Below, piece after piece: positions 26,719 to 35,188 of a stretch of DNA of 64,000 bases (positions are counted from its first letter, which is position 1; each line of letters begins with the position of its first letter). This DNA comes from Candidatus Omnitrophota bacterium (GTDB taxonomy: Bacteria; Omnitrophota; Gorgyraeia; Velamenicoccales; JABMQK01). The stretch lies in the NCBI GenBank assembly GCA_028711115.1, contig JAQTSV010000001.1:518032-582031 (forward strand), in the 5' to 3' direction. Under the pieces are notes generated by a model. It was not told the origin of the DNA, searched no databases, and saw only the letters and a program-made list of their open reading frames with translations. The position numbers were made by a program, and so were the translations under genes.

Positions 26719-26914
26719 GTATACCTGTAAATAGAGAGGGGTTTTCCCTCATAAAATACGAGAGGTCCCCTTGATTAGGCAAGAAGGTATTTTTGCTATT
26801 ACGTTTATAGGGCTTGAATTAGAATTGACACAAAAGAGGGGGTATTCCTATGTTTCGTGAATATCGAAAAATAGCGAGTATCCCCGATTTTATTTAAAGC
26901 TGTTTTAGTAACAG

Positions 26915-28300
26915 ATGAAAAGAGAAAAGATAATTATTTTATTATCAACAATAGTCAGCATAATTTTTCTGGGTAAGGCTTTTGCCTGGACAGGTGGCTC
27001 TACAGGAATCTGCTCTGATCAGTATGGGAATAATTTTCCCTGTTCTGACGGCCCAAGCCAGGAGAGCAGTAGCGATAGCGACAGCGGTTGGAGCCCATGG
27101 CGATCAAGTGACAGCAGCTCAAGTGAAGGTTATAAAGAAAAAGGGCCTTCAATCTGGGAGATACGCAGGCAGGAGCGGGCAGCAGCATCAACTGCGGCGA
27201 ATGAAATGGGTGTAGCCTGTTTTAACCAACGGGACTATGACTGCGCGATCAGTAACTACGAAGAGGCCTTGAGACAGGATTCCGGCAATGAAGTGGCGCG
27301 CATGAATCTAAGGTTAGCCAAAGCCAGGAAAGCCAATAAGCTGGCTGTGGAATATTACAATCAGGGTAATTGGAAGATGGCGGTTCAGTATTTTAAGGAG
27401 GCCTTAAGCTTTGAAGACCATGAGCAGTATAGAAAAAACCTGGCTGAGGCCCAGAGATATCTGGATGAAGAGCAGCAGGAAGAGAAATTAGCGCAGGCTA
27501 AAAAGAATATTAACAATATGCTTGATGAAGTGGTTTCAGAGGTGAGCGACAAGAAAACATCCGGGGCAATTTCTGGCCTGGATTTTATGCCTGGTAATGA
27601 TCCCTTATATTCTCAAGGAGATAAAACTTCTGCGCCGGTTGATTTAAGTTTTATGGATATGTCTAAAACCGAATTAAAAGATGCGCCTGTTGCGGAAAAG
27701 GGGGTAAAGTTTAAGGAAGTCCCGGTGCCTAAGCCGCCACTTGGCCGTTATGTCAATAAAGAAGTAGAGGAAATCATCATGAATGCCCTGGATGTCGGCA
27801 GATTAGGCGATAAGTATGCCGCTGCTAATTTGGATGTGAGCATCAGGGATTTGGAAAGATATCTGAAAGATGAGAATCCGCATGATGTCAATGTCAAGCA
27901 GGCGATAAGTTATTTGGAAGGGATGCGCGCCCGGGCAGCTATGGAGAAAAGTATGGAAGAAGAGTTATTTGCCGCAGGCGATCATGATGCAGATGCACTA
28001 TTAGAGGTTGTTGCCGGCAAGAAGATTCCTGAGAAAAAAGTTTCAGTTTTTCCTAAAAATCCTGAACCTGGTCCGCCGGGAATGAACCCTGATGACTGGC
28101 GCTCCTTAAGAACAGAAGCGCTTCTGACTGCTTTTGAAAAAGGAAATAAAGATTGGCAGAAGAGCATGGACTATCTGGAGAAACAGATAGAGGCAGAACC
28201 GCCTAATTATTCTTGCCGTAACGCCCTGCAGTTCCTGCAGGCATATTACGCCTACGACCAGTTTGTAGCGGAGCAGAATAAAGCTAAAGATAAAAAATGA
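26915..28300 (+). CDS. Secreted TPR-repeat protein
   Basis: Signal peptide (IIILLSTIVSIIFLGKAFA), a Ser/Asp-rich linker, TPR-like units (GVACFNQRDYDCAISNYEEALRQD; AVEYYNQGNWKMAVQYFKEAL) and a coiled-coil region. Confidence 0.55.
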   Translation: MKREKIIILLSTIVSIIFLGKAFAWTGGSTGICSDQYGNNFPCSDGPSQESSSDSDSGWSPWRSSDSSSSEGYKEKGPSIWEIRRQERAAASTAANEMGVACFNQRDYDCAISNYEEALRQDSGNEVARMNLRLAKARKANKLAVEYYNQGNWKMAVQYFKEALSFEDHEQYRKNLAEAQRYLDEEQQEEKLAQAKKNINNMLDEVVSEVSDKKTSGAISGLDFMPGNDPLYSQGDKTSAPVDLSFMDMSKTELKDAPVAEKGVKFKEVPVPKPPLGRYVNKEVEEIIMNALDVGRLGDKYAAANLDVSIRDLERYLKDENPHDVNVKQAISYLEGMRARAAMEKSMEEELFAAGDHDADALLEVVAGKKIPEKKVSVFPKNPEPGPPGMNPDDWRSLRTEALLTAFEKGNKDWQKSMDYLEKQIEAEPPNYSCRNALQFLQAYYAYDQFVAEQNKAKDKK

Positions 28301-28317
28301 TAGATAAAGGAGATAGG

Positions 28318-29826
28318 ATGAGACGAGCGAGTTTGTTTATCCTGGCGATTTTTTTCGGGGTTTTAGTTTTTGGTGGACGCGCCTCTGCGCAAACAAATGA
28401 AGCCATGGAGCGCGGGCTGCTAGCTGCCAAAGAAAAAGAGTGGGTCTTGGCGATTAAGTATTTTAAGGAAGCCCAAGAAAAGGCGCCCCTTGAGCCGAAA
28501 ATACTTTTTAATCTCGCGCTTGCCTCGGATAAAACTGGAGACAGACTTTTATTCAGTTTGGCTTATTATCGCGTCTACTTGGTTTTGGCTCCGGATGCTG
28601 AAAATGCCAAGCAGGTAGCTACAAGGATAAGAGAATTAGAAGTTAAACTTGAAGCTGAGGCACAGAATTTTATACGCAAGGCCAAAGAGGCCCTGAAGCA
28701 AGTGGAAGTTAAAGATAGCGGCGTCTGTTACGCAGGAATTGCCAGGGCAATGATTGGCGTCGGAGATATCCCGGGAGCTTTATCTTTTGCCTTGACCAAT
28801 CCCCTGGATGTGTATACTAAAGGCTACGATTTTGGCCTTATTGCTGCAGCTCAGGCGCAGGCAGGGAATTTTGAAGATGCCAAGGACACAGCCAGAAAAT
28901 TAGCCAGTGCAGCAACCGATGATTTAGCCCGGAGTTCAGCTCTGGATCGGATCTTGGGCGTAGTCAGCGATGGGCAGGCGAATAAAAATGATTTTTCCGC
29001 AGCGAAAAAAACCACAGAGAGTATCTCCGGCATTGCCACGCGTAATTATTGCTATGAACATATTGCGGAATCTCAAGCTGAGGCCGGAGATTTTGCTGCG
29101 GCTGAACAGACCGTCACTTTTATCAAAGATGATGATGATTGTTTATCCCAAACTTATAGCTTTATTGCCAAGGCAAAAGCTGAGGCAGGGGATTTGGCTG
29201 GCGCAAAAAAATATATCCAGCTGGCTAAAGAGAGCGTTGTCAAGGCAGCTGCTTCTGTGTATCTCGAAGCCTCAAGCCACGATGGTCCTAGACTGAAGAT
29301 AGCTATTGCTGAGTTAGCTGCTGGTGAAATCGACGCTGCCAAAAAAACATTCGATACACTAACCAAAGAAGAATACACCATAAGATCTTATACTCTGGAT
29401 TTCAATCGGGCGTTAGCCCTGGCTTTAGCTAAATCCGGAAAAGTTTCCGAAGCCAAAAAGGTTGTCTCTGGGATGTCCGATTTCTATTTCAAAGCTAAGA
29501 CTTACAAAATGATTGTTGAATTACAGATTAAAAATAAAGATATCCCAGGAGCTCAGAGTACGGTCGATATTATTGAGCCTAAAGATATTAAGTATGCTGC
29601 GCAAGGGTTGGTTGAACAGGCAGCAGGAAGAACTAAACAGGCCAAGGCTTATGCTATCTATGCCTTAATGAATGACCCGGCTTTTAAGGAGATGGAGGAT
29701 TTTCCTGATTTTATTCAGTCGTTTAAGGCCAAGGAACCCAAATGGGTCTGTTGGTCGCTGGCCAATACCGCTACTAACCTGGCGCTTTTTTCAAGGCAAT
29801 TGCGTGAAATTGGGGAGAAGAAATAA
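28318..29826 (+). CDS. Secreted repeat protein (TPR/HEAT-like units carrying an AxAGxFxxAKxT motif)
   Basis: Signal peptide (ASLFILAIFFGVLVFGGRASA). Recurring units AQAGNFEDAKDT, GQANKNDFSAAKKT, AEAGDFAAAEQT, AEAGDLAGAKKY, ELAAGEIDAAKKT and KSGKVSEAKKV. Start chosen at 28318 (RBS AAGGAG). Confidence 0.45.
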   Translation: MRRASLFILAIFFGVLVFGGRASAQTNEAMERGLLAAKEKEWVLAIKYFKEAQEKAPLEPKILFNLALASDKTGDRLLFSLAYYRVYLVLAPDAENAKQVATRIRELEVKLEAEAQNFIRKAKEALKQVEVKDSGVCYAGIARAMIGVGDIPGALSFALTNPLDVYTKGYDFGLIAAAQAQAGNFEDAKDTARKLASAATDDLARSSALDRILGVVSDGQANKNDFSAAKKTTESISGIATRNYCYEHIAESQAEAGDFAAAEQTVTFIKDDDDCLSQTYSFIAKAKAEAGDLAGAKKYIQLAKESVVKAAASVYLEASSHDGPRLKIAIAELAAGEIDAAKKTFDTLTKEEYTIRSYTLDFNRALALALAKSGKVSEAKKVVSGMSDFYFKAKTYKMIVELQIKNKDIPGAQSTVDIIEPKDIKYAAQGLVEQAAGRTKQAKAYAIYALMNDPAFKEMEDFPDFIQSFKAKEPKWVCWSLANTATNLALFSRQLREIGEKK

Positions 29827-29861
29827 AAACAGAGAAGTATCCTTTTTAAACCCAAAATATC

Positions 29862-29890
29862 TTGATATAATAAAGTATTGTGTATATAAT
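29862..29890 (+). promoter_or_regulatory. Consensus-like sigma70 promoter (twin of 26690-26718)
   Basis: TTGATA - 17 nt - TATAAT, followed by TGTAAAT..AGAGAGG as in the upstream copy, and about 70 nt later by a terminator hairpin. Confidence 0.45.
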
Positions 29891-29946
29891 TGCCTTTGTA
29901 AATTCAGAGAGGCCCCGGTTCATATGAAAGTGCTTATATATCCATA

Positions 29947-30036
29947 GAGCCTCAAATAAGTTAAACCCGTAAATCCGCTACGGGTTTTTTATTTGCTTAA
30001 GCTGTGTGGGAATAAACTGTCCCCTTGCCGAATATT
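29947..30036 (+). repeat. Copy 2 of the roughly 90-nt structured intergenic repeat
   Basis: See 10588-10679. Hairpin AAACCCGTA-aatccgc-TACGGGTTT + T6, then GGGA-ataaactg-TCCC. Confidence 0.6.
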
Positions 30037-30124
30037 TCTGTCCTTATTTAATGGAGATACCTCTTGAGATATTAATTGAAAGTAGTATAATATTATCATA
30101 AAGAAATAAAAGTTAATAAGCGGT

Positions 30125-30208
30125 CTGGAAATGCGAGAGTATTTCCGGAGGGTTATTTAGATGGTCGGGCCGCCATCTTGCATGTGAATGTGAGATGACG
30201 GTTTTTTT
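30125..30208 (+). promoter_or_regulatory. Riboswitch-like attenuator, copy A (5' hairpin, conserved GATGG-TCGGGCCG-CCATC hairpin, overlapping terminator)
   Basis: CTGGAAAT/ATTTCCGG hairpin, then AGATGG-TCGGGCCG-CCATCT. The competing terminator is CCGCCATCT..AGATGACGG + T7. Lies immediately upstream of the MscS RBS. Confidence 0.5.
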
Positions 30209-30224
30209 AAAAGGAGTAATAAAA

Positions 30225-31277
30225 ATGAATATTTTTTCGGTGTCTTCTTTTCAATATTTATTTGAAATCTTGATTCCCGCTTCAATATTACTAATAACCC
30301 TAATCTTCGGGTTTATTATAAGAAAGATTATTTTTGCCCGGCTTAACCGTTGGTCAAGACATACCAAAACCCAGGTCGACGATATTATTATAGATTCAAT
30401 AAAAGGGCCGTTCATAATCTGGTTTTTGATGCTGGGTATTTATTTTGCCCTTGAATATTCAAAACTTCCGGAAAATTTAGTTCATATAATTGACAAATTC
30501 TTGCTTGTATTGGGTATTTTTTCTATTACCTTTGTTTTGGCCAATATCTCGGCTAAATTGATTAGTGTATATTCCCGTAAAGTTGAAACTGCCCTGCCGG
30601 TTACTTCGCTTACCCAAAACATCAGTCGCATAATTATATTTACGATTGGAATCTTGGTAGTCCTCCATAGCTTAGGGGTTTCTATAACACCAATCTTGGC
30701 TACTTTGGGAGTAGGCGGTTTGGCAGTGGCATTGGCTCTGCAAGATACTCTTTCAAATCTTTTTTCCGGATTTTATATTATCGTATCCAAACAAATTAAA
30801 ATAGGTGACTATATAAAATTGGATTCAGGGGAAGAGGGATATGTTACGGATATTACCTGGCGCACAACCAAGATAAAAATGCTGCCTAATAATGTCGTTT
30901 TGGTTCCCAATGAGAAGCTAACCAAAGCTATAGTGACCAACTATTATCTTCCGGATAAAGAGATGGCGGTTTTAGTCAATTTAGGGGTTCACTACAAAAG
31001 CGATTTAAAGAAAGTAGAAAAAATTACCTGTGAAGTTGCCCGGGAGGTAATGAAGGAAGTTCTGGGAGGAGTGCCGGAATTCGAGCCGTTTATACGTTAC
31101 GGCAGCTTTGCAGATTCCAGCGTTAATCTTACTGTAATTTTAAGAGCCAAGGAATTTGTTGACCAGTATTTAATAAAACACGAATTCATAAAGAGGCTTC
31201 ATGAGCGTTATGCCAAAGAGGGCATTGTGATTCCTTATCCGATAAGAGCAATAAATTACGGACAAGAGAAAGAATAG
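30225..31277 (+). CDS. Small-conductance mechanosensitive channel (MscS family)
   Basis: N-terminal TM helices, then the pore/beta-domain signature LGVGGLAVALALQDTLSNLFSG..IKIGDYI. The ATG at 30225 (RBS AAGGAG) is preferred, because the track start at 30195 lies inside the terminator stem. Confidence 0.8.
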   Translation: MNIFSVSSFQYLFEILIPASILLITLIFGFIIRKIIFARLNRWSRHTKTQVDDIIIDSIKGPFIIWFLMLGIYFALEYSKLPENLVHIIDKFLLVLGIFSITFVLANISAKLISVYSRKVETALPVTSLTQNISRIIIFTIGILVVLHSLGVSITPILATLGVGGLAVALALQDTLSNLFSGFYIIVSKQIKIGDYIKLDSGEEGYVTDITWRTTKIKMLPNNVVLVPNEKLTKAIVTNYYLPDKEMAVLVNLGVHYKSDLKKVEKITCEVAREVMKEVLGGVPEFEPFIRYGSFADSSVNLTVILRAKEFVDQYLIKHEFIKRLHERYAKEGIVIPYPIRAINYGQEKE

Positions 31278-33509
31278 ATGAGACGATTACTCATATTTAT
31301 TTTGCCGATTTTAATTATCGTTGCCATTGGGTTTACGGTATTTGGCATTATGCAGATCCGTTTTACTCAGGATAAATTTATGGATGACCTTCAAAGGAAA
31401 GCCAGGTCTGTGGCTGAGGGAATAGAGTTTTCTGCTAAGGCAATCCTTATAAATAATGACTTAAAGTCAGCAGGCCGCCTTGTGGAAACTTTTCAGAGGA
31501 GGGAAAGGCTGCAGGGATGCGTTATTTATGACAGGGAAGGCAAAGTCCTCGCGATTACCGAAAGATTTTCTGACTGGAGAGAACAGGAAAGGCCGTATCT
31601 TAAAGATATATTGGTTAACAAAACTCCACGCGGAGCATTGGAGAATTTTAAAGATTATTCGGTATATAGCTATATTATCCCTGTAAGCGATGATGAAAAT
31701 AACATTTTAGGCATGGTCGAAGTCATTTATGATACTTCTTATGTCCTTACAACTATGGCTGATCTTTGGAAGCGCTTAAGCATATCCTTGATATCCCTGC
31801 TGGTCTTTATAGTACTGATTATGCTTTTAATCCAAAGGCAGATTTTTGTTCTGCCTGTACGCAGACTCACTCAGTGGTTTACTCATTTTCAAAAAGGAGA
31901 AATCGAAAAGTTAAAACCTTTTGAAGAAAAGGGCGAGTTCGGAAAGCTGGTAAGCGAGGTCGAACAGGTCGCCTTGGGCTTAAGGGTTGCGCGCAAGGTT
32001 GTTACCGAAGAAGCGCACGTTCGTATTAAAGAGGAATTATGGACAGAAAATAAGCTAAGGGATCTCATTCACACTAAATTAGGAGAAAATGCCTTCTTTG
32101 TGGTTTCGAACCGAGAGCCTTATATGCATGTTCTAGATGATATAACAGGTGCGCCTAAATGCATCCGGCCGGCAAGCGGCGTTGTTACCGCAATAGACCC
32201 AATACTGCGCGCCTGCGGTGGAACGTGGATTGCACATGGAAGCGCCAATGCGGATAAAAAGTTTGTGAATTCCAAGAATAAGCTCGGCGTACCGCCAGAA
32301 GATAATCGCTATATCCTAAAGAGGGTATGGCTGACCAAAGAAGAAGAAGATGGATATTACTATGGTTTTGCCAATGAAGGGTTATGGCCGCTTTGCCATG
32401 TTACGCATACCCGGCCGATATTCCGGGAAACTGACTGGCAGATGTATAAAAAAGTTAATCAGAAATTTGCCGATAGTGTTTTAGAAGAGCTTCCGGCAAA
32501 GAATCCGTTTATTTTTATTCAAGACTATCATTTTACATTGCTTGCCCAGATGATTAAGGAAAAGAGACCGGATGCAACAATAGCTTTATTTTGGCATATT
32601 CCCTGGCCTAATCCGGAGGTTTTCGCGATTTGCCCTTATCAGCAGGAGATTCTTGATGGAATGCTGGCTTGCGATTTAATTGGATTTCATGTGCAAGTCC
32701 ATTGCAATAACTTTTTGGATACTGCAAACAGGCTGATTGAATGCCGCGTTGATACCGAAAAGTTCAGCGTCGTCAGGGCAAATAAGGAAACATTTATCAG
32801 GGCTTTCCCGATTAGCGTTGACGGATATATGAGCGCTGATTCGGTCAAAGCTGAATTCGGTCAAATAGATAAAATCCGCCAAGAATTTCAATTGCAGGAT
32901 AAGCTGGTTGCGGTGGGAGTAGATAGGATTGATTATACCAAAGGCATAATTGAAAGGATACTTGCTATCGATAGATTTCTGGAGAAATACCCGGAATATA
33001 AAAACAAATTTGTATTTATTCAACTAGCTGCTCCGAGTAGGACTCATATTAAGCGGTACCATGAGCTTATAGGAGAAATTGATGAGCTGGTGGAAAAAAA
33101 GAACTGGAAATATTTGGATGGAGACTGGAAGCCGATAATTTACCTAAAAAGGCATTTTTCACCGGAAGATATAAAGCCGTATTATTTGCTTGCGGATCTT
33201 TGTATTGTAAGCTCTTTGCACGATGGAATGAATCTAGTTGCAAAAGAATATGTAGCATCAAAAACTGATTTAAGCGGCAGTTTGATTTTAAGTCGTTTTA
33301 CCGGGGCTGCTAGGGAATTGACGGATGCGGTTCAGATAAATCCCTATTCAATAGAAGAATTTGCTGATGCAATAAAACTTGCTATTGAAATGCCCCCTGC
33401 GGAAAAAAGAAAACGCATGGTAAATATGCGAAAGATTGTTTCCGAAAACAATATTTATCGTTGGGCAGGCAATATTATTACGGAATTGACCGCGCTAAAA
33501 AAAGTTTAG
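31278..33509 (+). CDS. otsA: Trehalose-6-phosphate synthase (GT20, OtsA) with an N-terminal TM-sensor-TM-HAMP extension of about 270 aa
   Basis: GT20 core motifs are present (VVSNREPY, FANEGLWPLCH, IQDYHF, LFWHIPWP, GVDRIDYTKG, SSLHDGMNLVAKEY). The N-terminus has two TM helices and a HAMP-like linker. Confidence 0.85.
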   Translation: MRRLLIFILPILIIVAIGFTVFGIMQIRFTQDKFMDDLQRKARSVAEGIEFSAKAILINNDLKSAGRLVETFQRRERLQGCVIYDREGKVLAITERFSDWREQERPYLKDILVNKTPRGALENFKDYSVYSYIIPVSDDENNILGMVEVIYDTSYVLTTMADLWKRLSISLISLLVFIVLIMLLIQRQIFVLPVRRLTQWFTHFQKGEIEKLKPFEEKGEFGKLVSEVEQVALGLRVARKVVTEEAHVRIKEELWTENKLRDLIHTKLGENAFFVVSNREPYMHVLDDITGAPKCIRPASGVVTAIDPILRACGGTWIAHGSANADKKFVNSKNKLGVPPEDNRYILKRVWLTKEEEDGYYYGFANEGLWPLCHVTHTRPIFRETDWQMYKKVNQKFADSVLEELPAKNPFIFIQDYHFTLLAQMIKEKRPDATIALFWHIPWPNPEVFAICPYQQEILDGMLACDLIGFHVQVHCNNFLDTANRLIECRVDTEKFSVVRANKETFIRAFPISVDGYMSADSVKAEFGQIDKIRQEFQLQDKLVAVGVDRIDYTKGIIERILAIDRFLEKYPEYKNKFVFIQLAAPSRTHIKRYHELIGEIDELVEKKNWKYLDGDWKPIIYLKRHFSPEDIKPYYLLADLCIVSSLHDGMNLVAKEYVASKTDLSGSLILSRFTGAARELTDAVQINPYSIEEFADAIKLAIEMPPAEKRKRMVNMRKIVSENNIYRWAGNIITELTALKKV

Positions 33510-33527
33510 AATCTAAGGAGTGAAAAT

Positions 33528-33998
33528 ATGCAGGTAAAAGAGGTGATGTCAAAAGAAGTAATTACCGTAAAACGCTCCACGACTCTAAAGCGGCTGTTGG
33601 AGATATTTGCTAAGTTTCATATATTTCCTTTGGTGCCTGTGATCGGAGAGGATAATCTTCTTATAGGCATTGTTTCTTTCCGTAATCTCGTTAATGTATT
33701 CCAGTTGCGTCAGCCAGAAATACTGAAAGCCGTACCTTTTTTGGATGAGGGAGAGGAAGACATATTCAAAGTAGAGTTTACTGAAGAGATAGGTAGCTTA
33801 GTGGTGGCTGAAGATATTATGGAAAATAAGTTTATCACTATACAAGAAGACGCTTCTTTAGAAGAGGCCTATAAACTGATGAAGTTGCACCTTAAAGAAG
33901 AATTTCCTGTGGTTGATAGATTCGGAAAATTAGCAGGAATGATTGGTATATTTGATATCATCCGGTATGTTTTTCGTCACAGAGGCGTTATTAAATGA
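33528..33998 (+). CDS. CBS-pair domain protein
   Basis: Two CBS-like units (VKEVMSKEVITV...PLVPVIGEDNLLIGIVS and AEDIMENKFITIQ...FPVVDRFGKLAGMIG). Confidence 0.75.
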   Translation: MQVKEVMSKEVITVKRSTTLKRLLEIFAKFHIFPLVPVIGEDNLLIGIVSFRNLVNVFQLRQPEILKAVPFLDEGEEDIFKVEFTEEIGSLVVAEDIMENKFITIQEDASLEEAYKLMKLHLKEEFPVVDRFGKLAGMIGIFDIIRYVFRHRGVIK

Positions 33999-35188
33999 AT
34001 ACAATCTTAGGACTCGGTTTTATTCTGCTTATAGGTTTATTTTCAGCCCGACTGATAAACAAAATCAAGTTTCCCGCAGTAACCGCCTATCTTTTATCGG
34101 GCATTCTTATTGGGCCATCGGTTTTTAAACTCATTCCGAATGATGTTATAAGTGCTTCAGGTTTAATTTCCAATATAGTCTTAGGCATAATTGCCTTTGG
34201 CATAGGTCAGAATTTTTCCAGAGATAACTTCCGCAAGATCGGCAGATCAGTTATTTGGATTTCGGTCCTAGAGGCTTGTGGTGCCTGGATTTTTGTTACT
34301 TTAGTATTTTTAATTATCTTAAGGCAGCCTTTTTATCTTTCTCTTTTATTTGGAGCACTTTCCTCAGCTACTGCCCCCGCAGCAACCGTAATGGTTATTA
34401 GGGAATACCGCGCCAAAGGAAATTTTACCGATACACTTTTAGGCGTAGTTGCGATTGACGATGCCTGGTGTCTTATCATATTTGCAATTTCATTGGCAAT
34501 ATCGCAGGCCATATATGCGCATATGTTAGCCACCTTTTTCTTGATAAAAGTATTTTTAAATTCCATCTTAAGTATATTTGGCGCCTTTATTTTAGGAGGC
34601 ATTGTAGCGACGTTGTTGGCTTATCTTTCTCGATACCTGCGCACGCAGACAGAGCTCTTAATTTTTACTCTGGGATTCGTTTTTTTGAATATAGGGATTG
34701 CTATCTGGTTGAATCTATCAGTGCTTTTAGCAAATATGTTTTTGGGAGCGACGTTAGTTAATATTAATAAATCTTCGTTTAATTTCTTCGATAGCATAAA
34801 AACACTTGATCCACCGCTGTTTCTACTTTTCTTTGTTTTAGCAGGAGCAAATTTAGAGATAAGTATTCTGGGTAAATTAGGCTTAATTGGTTTGGTATAT
34901 CTTATTTTTAGAGTTATGGGGAAGATGATAGGTGCTGGTATCGGTGCTCGTATTTCGGGCGCCTCCAGAAGTATAAAGAGGTATTTAGGATTGGGTTTAG
35001 TGCCTCAGGCCGGAGTTGCATTGGGTTGCGCCCTCATTGCCAAAAATGATTTTCCCAACGTAGGAAGCATGATTTTTACCACTATTATTGCCACCACAGT
35101 TATTTATGAATTGATCGGCCCCTTGTGCACAAAATATGCGTTACAGAAAGCAGGAGAGATACTTATTGAGCCTCCCAAAAATATATGA
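33995..35188 (+). CDS. Cation:proton antiporter (CPA/Na+-H+ exchanger family membrane domain)
   Basis: About 11-12 TM segments. N-terminus (GLGFILLIGLFSARLINKIKFPAVTAYLLSGILIGP) is typical of KefB/NapA-type exchangers. 4-nt overlap with the CBS gene. Confidence 0.7.
   Translation: MNTILGLGFILLIGLFSARLINKIKFPAVTAYLLSGILIGPSVFKLIPNDVISASGLISNIVLGIIAFGIGQNFSRDNFRKIGRSVIWISVLEACGAWIFVTLVFLIILRQPFYLSLLFGALSSATAPAATVMVIREYRAKGNFTDTLLGVVAIDDAWCLIIFAISLAISQAIYAHMLATFFLIKVFLNSILSIFGAFILGGIVATLLAYLSRYLRTQTELLIFTLGFVFLNIGIAIWLNLSVLLANMFLGATLVNINKSSFNFFDSIKTLDPPLFLLFFVLAGANLEISILGKLGLIGLVYLIFRVMGKMIGAGIGARISGASRSIKRYLGLGLVPQAGVALGCALIAKNDFPNVGSMIFTTIIATTVIYELIGPLCTKYALQKAGEILIEPPKNI

Noticed and set aside
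29672-29947. 91-aa plus-strand ORF spanning the end of the repeat-protein gene and the following spacer.
   Set aside because: It is an out-of-frame overlap with the confident 28318-29826 CDS, and it runs through a promoter-like element. It has no RBS or domain features.
10513-30036. Genomic island bounded by the two roughly 90-nt repeats (10588-10679 and 29947-30036), starting next to tRNA-His.
   Set aside because: The repeats are only about three quarters identical and do not include the tRNA 3' end. No integrase or recombinase is present. The interval contains housekeeping genes (def, trxA, tsaA). A dispersed repeat or terminator family is more likely.
30195-30224. Track start codon for the MscS gene at 30195.
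   Set aside because: This ATG lies inside the 3' arm of the leader terminator (AGATGACGG) and lacks an RBS. The in-frame ATG at 30225 has AAGGAG at proper spacing.
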